Below, one piece after another: positions 53,939 to 61,669 of a DNA stretch of 64,000 nucleotides. A model generated the notes under the pieces. The model did not search any database and was not told the DNA's origin. It saw nothing but the letters and a program-made list of their open reading frames with translations. Numbering within the stretch: position 1 is the stretch's first letter; every line of letters begins with the position of its first letter. Source of the DNA: Myxococcales bacterium (lineage in GTDB: Bacteria; Myxococcota_A; UBA9042; JABWCM01; BTVJ01); assembly GCA_045863395.1 (NCBI GenBank), contig BTVJ01000019.1:37221-101220 (forward strand), read 5' to 3'. A program made the position numbers and the translations under genes.

Positions 53939-54313
53939 CTACGCACACCCGTGCGCACACGGCGACCCTGCCGGCTTGATGTGACCATTGGCGCAACGAT
54001 CATACCGTTGATCGGGGGACGGACCCTCACGCACGGCGCTCTTCTCCATCGCCTTCAACTGCACGATGAGCGCATCGACCGGAACGACGATCCCACCGAA
54101 GGAGACGGTGGACCCGCTCACAGCCGTCGCGTCCGACACCCGCCTCGACATCGCCCCGTCGACGATGAACGTGCCGTTGGTAGAGTCGCGGTCTCTCACG
54201 CGGATCTGAGCGCCCTCCAAGGATACGGTCGCGTGCCGGAACGACACCATCGCGTCGTCCAGCCGGATGTCACACGTCTCACCGCGACCTATGGAGTACT
54301 CTCGACCCGCCAC
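53939..54313 (-). CDS. Small FHA domain protein with C-terminal Cys/His Zn-ribbon
   Basis: IGRG..CDI..VSFRHA..DSTNGT; RCANGH...CAHGC; GTG start after GAGGT (54319 is an alternative). Confidence 0.85.
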   Translation of the reverse strand: MAGREYSIGRGETCDIRLDDAMVSFRHATVSLEGAQIRVRDRDSTNGTFIVDGAMSRRVSDATAVSGSTVSFGGIVVPVDALIVQLKAMEKSAVREGPSPDQRYDRCANGHIKPAGSPCAHGCA

Positions 54314-54486
54314 TGGCACACCTCGTTGGCTTCGCCTCCGACTCGGCGGGGCCCGCTCGGGCCGACAGGCTCTACGACAGCGCCGACGGTACCGCAAGGG
54401 CCGCTCCCCTGTCAACGCACAATTCGGGCCTTGACGGCTTGGACGGGACCGAGTCTACTGTCGCCCTGTCGTGCGAACGGAGCACC

Positions 54487-55212
54487 ATGAAGCGACGCCC
54501 CGCCCGCGAGATCAGCGTCTTCAACCTGTCGATGCTCGACGTGATCTGCTCTGCGCTGGGAGCCGTCCTGATCCTGTATTTGATCGTTGCGCTCCAGCAG
54601 AAGAAAGACGGGAAGGACCTTCGTGAGTGTCTCGTCGAGCTGAAGGAGTGCGAGACAGAGCCGTGCGCCACACGCTGCCCGTGCGACCGGGAGTGCCCCT
54701 GCGCACAGCGCTGCCCGTGCCCCGACATCGACTGCGCCAGGCAGTGCCCGTGCGCCGCCAACTGCCCCTGCGACAGCAATTGCCCGTGCGACCAGTACTG
54801 CACCTGCCCCAATCCGCCGCCGCCATTCGTCGTGGTGCTCGTGCGGTGGCGAGGAGCGGGCGTGGACATCGACCTCCATGTGCGCAACCCCACGGGCGGC
54901 GAGTGCTCCTTTCGTTCCCTCACGGGCTGCGCGACGGCCGGAAACGCCGAGGTGGTCAACGACTACCAGCAGGGGGGTGTGGACGAGACCTTCATCGGCC
55001 GCCGCATCCCGACGGACGACCAGTGGTGGACGGTGAGCTACAACTACTACACCGGTAATGCCGGAGTCACGGTGGAGGGCTGGGCCTACTACCCGGACGG
55101 GACCCACGTCATCGCGCCCGTGAACCTTGGCCCCATGGACCGGGGCAAAAAGCGCGCCGTCCTCCGATTCAAGGCGAACAGGGACGGTCGAGTCCAGTTC
55201 TCGGTGCCATAG
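54487..55212 (+). CDS. Second ExbD/MotB-like protein with CxC repeat stalk and C-terminal DUF2135/YfaP-like domain
   Basis: GGAG RBS; VFNLSMLDVICSALGAVLIL; (CPCxxx)n; VRW...VDIDLHV.NP.G...V.YNYY. Confidence 0.72.
   Translation: MKRRPAREISVFNLSMLDVICSALGAVLILYLIVALQQKKDGKDLRECLVELKECETEPCATRCPCDRECPCAQRCPCPDIDCARQCPCAANCPCDSNCPCDQYCTCPNPPPPFVVVLVRWRGAGVDIDLHVRNPTGGECSFRSLTGCATAGNAEVVNDYQQGGVDETFIGRRIPTDDQWWTVSYNYYTGNAGVTVEGWAYYPDGTHVIAPVNLGPMDRGKKRAVLRFKANRDGRVQFSVP
54648..54810 (+). repeat. Approx. 18-bp in-frame repeat coding C-P-C-x-x-x
   Basis: TGCCCGTGC/TGCCCCTGC recurs at 6-codon spacing: RCPCDRECPCAQRCPCPDIDCARQCPCAANCPCDSNCPCDQYCTC. Confidence 0.85.
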
Positions 55213-55232
55213 GGTCGCCTGAGCGAGGCAGC

Positions 55233-56399
55233 ATGATCGATCCGCAAGCGCTCTGCCTCCACTGCTGCCTGCCTCGCCGCCGCGCCGGTGGATGCCGCGA
55301 CTGCGGGGCGGAGGCACCGGGCCTCCCCGTGGAGGCCACCAGCACGGAGCTGGCCCCCGGCACCGTGCTGAACAAGAAGTACGTCGTCGGCCGCGTGCTG
55401 GGGGCTGGCGGCAACGGGGTGACCTATCTGGCAGCCACTCTCGACAAAGGCGAGCGCCGGGCCATCAAGGAGCACGTCCCGAAGGATCTCGCGACCCGGT
55501 CCAAAGACGGCCACACAGTCGTACCGCTCAAGGACACGACGCAAGGCGAGATCGACGAGGAGCGCGGCAAGTTCCGCAAGGAGGGGGATCGCCTCGTCCG
55601 CTTCGCCGGCCACCCGCGCATCGTCCGGGTCTTCGAGACCTTCGAAGAGCACGGCACGGCCTATCTCGTGATGGACTTCGTGCCGGGCAGCACGCTGGGC
55701 GACCGCCTTCGGGAACACCGGGGTGCCTTCCGGGAGCCGGAGGCCGTCGGCTGGGCCATCGAGCTCTGCGCCGCCGTCCAGGAGGTCCACGCCCGGGGCC
55801 TCATCCACCGGGACATCAAACCCTCCAACGCCCTTGTGGCCGACACCGGCACGCTGATGCTCATCGACTTCGGCAACGCGCGCGAGACCCACACCAAGCG
55901 CGGCCATACCCGCGTGTGGACGGACGGCTTCGCGCCCCCCGAGCAGATCCTGGGGCACGACACCCAGGGCCCATGGACCGACGTCTACGGCATCGGCGCC
56001 ACGCTCTACGCCATGCTCCTCGGAGAGGCGCCTCCCTACGCAGAGCGTCGCGGCACAGACGGCCTCCCGAAGCTCGGCGCGGCGGTCAAGCGAGGCCGGA
56101 TGCGCCAGGAGACCGCGGTCCTCATCCAGGCCGCTCTCGCCCTCGACCCGAAGCACCGCCCCCAGTCCGCCGAAGAGGTCCTGGCGAACCTCCAGGCGCT
56201 CTATCCGTCTGCGAACGCACCGAAGCCGCCCCTCCCGCCAGACCCGGTGCCCCTTCCCGACCCGGTGCCGCCGCCAGATCCGGTGCCGCCACCGAACCCG
56301 GACCCGACACCGATCTCCCGGGACCGGTTGGTGACCCTTGCGATCATCGTTGCGCTGGGCCTTCTGTGGACGCTGGGAGTCTATGTTGCCATCGACTAG
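55233..56399 (+). CDS. Ser/Thr protein kinase with N-terminal Zn ribbon, Pro-rich linker and C-terminal membrane anchor
   Basis: CLHC..CRDC; LGAGGNG, AIKE, HRDIKPSN, DFG, APPEQ, DVYGIG; PDPVP repeats; terminal TM. Confidence 0.92.
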   Translation: MIDPQALCLHCCLPRRRAGGCRDCGAEAPGLPVEATSTELAPGTVLNKKYVVGRVLGAGGNGVTYLAATLDKGERRAIKEHVPKDLATRSKDGHTVVPLKDTTQGEIDEERGKFRKEGDRLVRFAGHPRIVRVFETFEEHGTAYLVMDFVPGSTLGDRLREHRGAFREPEAVGWAIELCAAVQEVHARGLIHRDIKPSNALVADTGTLMLIDFGNARETHTKRGHTRVWTDGFAPPEQILGHDTQGPWTDVYGIGATLYAMLLGEAPPYAERRGTDGLPKLGAAVKRGRMRQETAVLIQAALALDPKHRPQSAEEVLANLQALYPSANAPKPPLPPDPVPLPDPVPPPDPVPPPNPDPTPISRDRLVTLAIIVALGLLWTLGVYVAID

Positions 56400-56531
56400 C
56401 GGGAGGACTTCCGGGCCTGTGAAGTTTCCGGTATCCGGCAGCTCGCTATCGGCGTATGATGGCCGCCGCTATCTGACTGTGTGGGTCGCTCGATTCCGCC
56501 ACTGGCGCCCACGGTCAGACGAGGGTTGAAC

Positions 56532-58583
56532 ATGGCCAGCGCGAAACGAGTGTGCCTCTGGTGTTGTGACGAGACCGAAGGCGTGGTGTGCCAGCGCTGC
56601 GGGCATGGGGACGCGGCTGCGCGGGACGACGATGCGCTGGTGCTGGACGCGGGCACCGTCCTTCAGGAGCGCTATCTGATCGGCCGGCCGCTCGGCAAGG
56701 GCGGGTTCGGGGTCACGTACATCGCGCGGGACCTCAAGCTGCGAGCGCGGGTCGCGGTGAAGGAGTACATGCCACGGGAGTCCTCGTCCCGCAGCCGGGA
56801 TCGCCTCACCGTGCGTCCGAGCCGGGGAATGGACGCCGCAGCCTTTGCCGACGGGCTCACTAGCTTCCTCGATGAGGCGCGCCACCTGGCGCAGCTCCGC
56901 GACGCGCCCAACGTCGTCGACGTCTACGACGTGTTCGAGGCGAACGGCACCGGGTACATGGTCATGGAGTACCTGGAGGGCGTGACCATCGAGGGGCTCC
57001 TTGCTCTGCGGGGTGGGCGGTCCGGCAAGGAGGCCGCGCGGCTCTCGCCGGCCGAGGCGGTGCCGATCATCGTGGCCGTGCTCGACGGGCTCCGCGCCAC
57101 GCACGAGGCGGGGATCGTCCACGGAGACATCAAGGCCGCCAACGTCTACGTCACCGACAAGGGGCCGATCTACCTGCTGGACTTCGGCGCATCTCGGCGT
57201 ACCATCGGGGTCGCTACCCGCTCTGTACAGGCCACGTTCTCGCCAGGCTACGCGCCGCCCGAGCAATACAACTCCGACTCTGCGCTCACGGAACGGTCGG
57301 ACCTGTACGGGGTCGGTGCCACGTTGTATCGCATGCTGTCCGGCAGTGTGCCGCCCGAGGCCCCGGCGCGTACTCGGGTTCCCATGCCGCCGCTCCGGGA
57401 TGTCGCCGGGTTGCGCGTGCCTCCGGCGCTCTCGGACGTCGTCGACCGGGCTCTGTCCCTGGATGCGTCGGACCGGTTTGCGTCGGCGCGGGAGATGCAA
57501 GTTGCGCTGGTGGAGGCTATGGGCGGGCGGCCGCCGTCGCCGTCTCCCCGACCACCCGTCCCCGCGAAGAGACGCCCCCTCCGACTGATCGCGATCAGCG
57601 CGACGCTCGGGGCGCTAGCCCTGGTGGGCGGCACGTTCGTGGTCCTGCAGAGGGACGACAGCAGCTCGCCGCCGCCGGCTCCCGCCCCCCAGGTGGCCGG
57701 CACAAGCCCGATTTCTCCCCCGGCCAGCGACGCCCTGCCTCCGCCTCCCTTGGTGCCCATCGCCTGCGCCAGGGACTGCCGGGAGCGCGCGTGCGGAGGC
57801 GACGGCTGCGGCGGGTCCTGCGGTACATGCGGCGATGAGAGCCTGTGCACGGCCCTTGGCCAGTGTGTGCCGCTTCCGGGCGAGCGGATGGTCAGCATCC
57901 CGACTGGAGTCTCTCTCCTCGGGTGCAACGCAGACGCGGCGACCTGCGGAGGCGACACCAAACCGAGCACCATCACGGTACCCGCGTTCCTGATCGACCG
58001 GACGGAGGTGACCGCAACGCAGTTCGACCTGTGCGTGCGTGCGGGCAAGTGCTCTCCTCCAGGTTCTTCGGGAAATGGGTGCGCCGCCGGCCCGGAGACT
58101 ACCTTCCGCGTAGCAGGTCGCGAATACATGCCCATCAACTGTGTGAGCTGGCACCAGGCCTGCGCCTACTGCGCCTGGAAGGGGAAGCGACTCTGTTCGG
58201 GCGACGAGTGGGAGCGGGCGGCCCGGGGGGGCTGCGAGCACAGTGGCGGGAAATGCGACCAGACCCGGCGCTACCCGTGGGGAGACGAAACGCCCCGCTG
58301 CAGCCAGGCGGTGATGAACACGCCTGGCGGGACCTGCGGCCCACCGGGCCTCGACCTGAGCGGCGGGCGCCCAGAAGGCGCCAGCCCCTTTGGCGTGCTC
58401 GACATGGCCGGAAACGTGTGGGAGTGGACTGGCGACTGCGCCTCCGTGTCCGATGAAGCGTTCATCCGGGGCGGGGGCTTCGCCAATGGACCGAGCGCGC
58501 TCGTCTCGTGGGCGCAACAAACCGAGCCAACCGATACGGCGACGGACTACATCGGGTTCAGGTGCTGTGCGGCAGCTCCTTGA
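56532..58583 (+). CDS. Membrane Ser/Thr kinase with extracytoplasmic FGE-sulfatase (SUMF1-like) domain
   Basis: CLWC..CQRC; GKGGFG, HGDIK, DFG, APPEQ; TM; IDRTEVT, EWERAARG, YPWG, DMAGNVWEW, GFRCC. Confidence 0.92.
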   Translation: MASAKRVCLWCCDETEGVVCQRCGHGDAAARDDDALVLDAGTVLQERYLIGRPLGKGGFGVTYIARDLKLRARVAVKEYMPRESSSRSRDRLTVRPSRGMDAAAFADGLTSFLDEARHLAQLRDAPNVVDVYDVFEANGTGYMVMEYLEGVTIEGLLALRGGRSGKEAARLSPAEAVPIIVAVLDGLRATHEAGIVHGDIKAANVYVTDKGPIYLLDFGASRRTIGVATRSVQATFSPGYAPPEQYNSDSALTERSDLYGVGATLYRMLSGSVPPEAPARTRVPMPPLRDVAGLRVPPALSDVVDRALSLDASDRFASAREMQVALVEAMGGRPPSPSPRPPVPAKRRPLRLIAISATLGALALVGGTFVVLQRDDSSSPPPAPAPQVAGTSPISPPASDALPPPPLVPIACARDCRERACGGDGCGGSCGTCGDESLCTALGQCVPLPGERMVSIPTGVSLLGCNADAATCGGDTKPSTITVPAFLIDRTEVTATQFDLCVRAGKCSPPGSSGNGCAAGPETTFRVAGREYMPINCVSWHQACAYCAWKGKRLCSGDEWERAARGGCEHSGGKCDQTRRYPWGDETPRCSQAVMNTPGGTCGPPGLDLSGGRPEGASPFGVLDMAGNVWEWTGDCASVSDEAFIRGGGFANGPSALVSWAQQTEPTDTATDYIGFRCCAAAP

Positions 58584-58592
58584 GGAGGCATC

Positions 58593-59846
58593 ATGCGAAG
58601 CTCGTTGCTGTGGGTGGCGCTCTCGTGGATGGCGCTGGGCGGCTGCAAGACCGGCGGCGATCCCACGCCACCGTCGGGCGCTCCGGGACCCGCCGGGGGT
58701 GCGACGGCTCCTGTGCAGGCCGCGCCCGGCGAGCCGGCCAAGGACCTTGGCGCCCAAGGGGCGACTGCCACACAGGACCCGGCCGGGCCCGGCAAGCCGA
58801 CCGCAGCTCCAGACCCTGCCGCTGAGGCGCTTGCGCCGCCAGCGGGTTCGCCAGCCCCTGGTGCACCTGAAGGGGCAGAACCGACTGCCCCCACCGCGCC
58901 GTGCAAGGAGCGCAATGTCCTCCAGGAGATCCGCATCAACCAGGTGCTGCGCATCGCAACGGAGGAAGACAACGAGCCCATGTGCTTCAAGGACGACGAC
59001 GATCAGTGGACCGGCTTCGAGTACGCGCTCATGGTGGGGCTCGCCAAACAGCTCGACGCGAAGCTCGAGATCGTCATCACGGAGTTCGACGACTTCCCGG
59101 CGGCGCTCTGCGAGGGGCGCGCGGACCTGGCTGTCGGCGGCGTGTTTCCTACAGACGACTGGCCGGGCGTCGCCTACTCGAAGCCCTATCTGGAGACGGG
59201 CCTCGCCCTCTTCGTCGCAAAGGATCGGGTGCGGGACTTCCCAAACACGGCCGCCCTTGCCGGGCGGACCATCGGCATCACCAAGGGCGACAGCTACCCG
59301 CGCGACTTCATCGAGGGGCTCAAGCTCTCGCCAGCGCCGATCATCCGAGAGTACACCTGGTCAGAGGAAGTAGAGGACAACTACTTCACCAAGCTCTTGG
59401 ATCGCGAGATCGAGGCGTTCGTCTACGACTATCCATTCGGCATCGTGGAGGCGCGGAAAGAGCCGTATCGCGGGAAGGTGCTCATCGCGGCGCACAATCT
59501 TAAGGAGGGGCGCTATGCAGTGGCCCTTCCGGCGTCAGACACGCCGCTCCTCTCGGAGGTGGACCGGGCCGTCGAGAAGTTCCGAGGCAGCGCCGACGAG
59601 CCGAATCCCGCCTACGCCGCGCTCCTTCGCGAATATTTCTCCCAGGGCACGGAGACCGTCCAGGCTCTCAACACAGTCCCCTGCCCCGCCGCCAGAACGT
59701 ACACGGTCAAGTCGGGAGACACCCTATACCGCATCTCCTCTCGCACCACGCCCCCCATGTCCTGGCGGACGCTCTACGAGGCCAACAAGGCCCGCATCCC
59801 GAACCCGAACATCATCGAGGTCGGGCAGGTGCTCTGCGTGCCCTGA
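58593..59846 (+). CDS. Lipoprotein: family-3 solute-binding domain + C-terminal LysM
   Basis: GAGGAGG RBS; lipobox ALGG-C; WTGFEY.L..LAKQL, YSKPYL; YTVKSGDTLYRIS...LYEAN..IPNPNII.VGQVL. Confidence 0.88.
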   Translation: MRSSLLWVALSWMALGGCKTGGDPTPPSGAPGPAGGATAPVQAAPGEPAKDLGAQGATATQDPAGPGKPTAAPDPAAEALAPPAGSPAPGAPEGAEPTAPTAPCKERNVLQEIRINQVLRIATEEDNEPMCFKDDDDQWTGFEYALMVGLAKQLDAKLEIVITEFDDFPAALCEGRADLAVGGVFPTDDWPGVAYSKPYLETGLALFVAKDRVRDFPNTAALAGRTIGITKGDSYPRDFIEGLKLSPAPIIREYTWSEEVEDNYFTKLLDREIEAFVYDYPFGIVEARKEPYRGKVLIAAHNLKEGRYAVALPASDTPLLSEVDRAVEKFRGSADEPNPAYAALLREYFSQGTETVQALNTVPCPAARTYTVKSGDTLYRISSRTTPPMSWRTLYEANKARIPNPNIIEVGQVLCVP

Positions 59847-59849
59847 GTC

Positions 59850-60902
59850 TCACTTCCCTCCCTTCACCGCGTCCCACACCTCGGTGTAGAGCTTGTTGTT
59901 CGCTCCCAGGTCCCGGATCATCTCGGACTTGCCGAGGATCTCCGGGTCGAGGAACACGGCCGGGTTCTCCCGCAGCTCCTGACTGACCAGCTTGACCGCC
60001 TCCACGTTCGGGGCCCGATACTGGACGTGCTCCATGTTCTTCGCCGCGATGTCCGGGCGGAGCAGGAAGTCGATGAAGGCGTGCGCCAGCGCTGGCTCGG
60101 GGGCCCCTTTGAGGATCGCCATGTTGTCGCTGGCGATCGCCGTGCCCTCCCGCGGCACGGTGAAGGCGATGGCGTCGTTCTCCTCGATGACTTGCAGGAT
60201 ATCCCCGTTGTAGCCATGCACTACCTGGAATTCGCCCGAGCCGAGGCCGCGCTTCGCCTCGTCCACGTCGAAGCGGGCCAGATTGGGCTTCCACGAGAGG
60301 AGCAGCTCCTTCGCCCGCGCCAGCTCCTCGGGGTTGGTGCTGTTGTAGCTGTAGCCGAGAAACTTGAGTGCCGCGCCGATGGCCTCCCGCATGTCGTTGA
60401 GCATGGTCATGCGGCCGGCCAGGTCCGCGCGTCCGAAGACTCCCCACGAGGGCTCCAGGTCACCAAGCTTCTTCGCGTCGTAGCCGATGCCGGTGACGCT
60501 CACCAGGTAGGGGACGCTGTGCCGCATCTCCGGGTCCTCGGTCAGCGCCGTGAAGGAGCGATCCACGTGGCGCAGGTTCGGGAGCGCGCCCGGATCGAGG
60601 GTGACGAGCATCCCCTGCGCCTGCATCACCGCGGCCATGTACGAGGTCGGAAAGACCACGTCGTAGCCCGTCGCTCCGGCCTTGATGCGCGCATACATGG
60701 CCTCGTTGGAGTCGAAGGTGTCGACGACCACCTCGCAGTCGTTCTCCTTCTCGAACTGGGCGATGACCGCCGGGTCCATGTAGTCCGCCCAATTGTAGAC
60801 GTGGAGCTGGCGCTTGCCGGCGCCCCGCGTCCAGAAGAACGCCGCGACGGCGGCAGCGACGACCACGACCACCGCGACAGCCAGAATCCCTCTTCCCTTC
60901 AT
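59850..60902 (-). CDS. potD: Spermidine/putrescine ABC transporter substrate-binding protein
   Basis: LHVYNWADY, FDSNE.M, GYDVVFPT, PREG..DNMAI. Confidence 0.92.
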   Translation of the reverse strand: MKGRGILAVAVVVVVAAAVAAFFWTRGAGKRQLHVYNWADYMDPAVIAQFEKENDCEVVVDTFDSNEAMYARIKAGATGYDVVFPTSYMAAVMQAQGMLVTLDPGALPNLRHVDRSFTALTEDPEMRHSVPYLVSVTGIGYDAKKLGDLEPSWGVFGRADLAGRMTMLNDMREAIGAALKFLGYSYNSTNPEELARAKELLLSWKPNLARFDVDEAKRGLGSGEFQVVHGYNGDILQVIEENDAIAFTVPREGTAIASDNMAILKGAPEPALAHAFIDFLLRPDIAAKNMEHVQYRAPNVEAVKLVSQELRENPAVFLDPEILGKSEMIRDLGANNKLYTEVWDAVKGGK

Positions 60903-61669
60903 GTGCTCCTCCTCGCGAGACGCAGGACCAGCCACGCCACGACGGCCGTCGCGGCGAGCATGACGACGGACAGCGCCTGAATCACCGGCGGAGAGCCGTG
61001 CTTCAGGGAGCTGAAGATGTAGATGGGCAGCGTGGTGGAGCCGGGCCCCGCCACGAAGAAGGTGATCACGAAGTCATCGATGGACAGGGTGAAGGACAGG
61101 AGCGCGCCGGCGACGATGCCCGGCGCGAGAAGCGGGAGCATGACGTGCGCGGTCGCCTGAGTCGCGGTCGCGCCCAGGTCTCGCGCCGCCTCGATCACGG
61201 AGAAGTCGAAGTCCTGGAGCCGCGCGAGCACCACCATGGCGACGAAGCTGATGCAGAAGGTCACGTGCGCGACCACGATGGTCCCTACGCCGAGCTGGGT
61301 GGACGTCGCCACGAAGAACACCATGAGAGACAGGCCCATCAACACGTCGGGGACGACGAGGGGCAGGGTGAGCAGCGTCAGGTGCGCCCCCTGGACGCGC
61401 CCCCGATACCGGTGGAGCGCCAGGGCGGAGAGCGTCCCGAAGACAGCGGCGACGAGCGTTGCGACCGACGCGACGATCAGCGAGGTGGAGAGCGAGCGCA
61501 GCAGGACACGCTCCTGCGCCAGACGCTCGTACCACTTGAGCGTGAACCCGGTCCACTCCCCGCCGAACCGGCTCGCGTTGAACGAGTGGACAGCCATGGC
61601 CAGCAGCGGCAGGTAGAGAAACACCAGCGTCGCGGCGAGCACCAGCGGGGGAATGCGGGAGCGCTTCAT
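60899..61669 (-). CDS. potC: Spermidine/putrescine ABC transporter permease
   Basis: FLYLP, GFTLKWY, EAARDLGA, FTLSIDDF, TTLP. Confidence 0.92.
   Translation of the reverse strand: MKRSRIPPLVLAATLVFLYLPLLAMAVHSFNASRFGGEWTGFTLKWYERLAQERVLLRSLSTSLIVASVATLVAAVFGTLSALALHRYRGRVQGAHLTLLTLPLVVPDVLMGLSLMVFFVATSTQLGVGTIVVAHVTFCISFVAMVVLARLQDFDFSVIEAARDLGATATQATAHVMLPLLAPGIVAGALLSFTLSIDDFVITFFVAGPGSTTLPIYIFSSLKHGSPPVIQALSVVMLAATAVVAWLVLRLARRST

Noticed and set aside
42097..54313. Type VI secretion regulatory module (PpkA/PppA/Fha) or Tad/Kil system
   Set aside because: No tss core, VgrG, Hcp, pilin, secretin or CpaF ATPase genes in the window
57890..58583. FGE/C-type-lectin-fold C-termini (here and at 36353) as diversity-generating retroelement targets
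   Set aside because: No reverse transcriptase and no adenine-variant template repeat seen in the window
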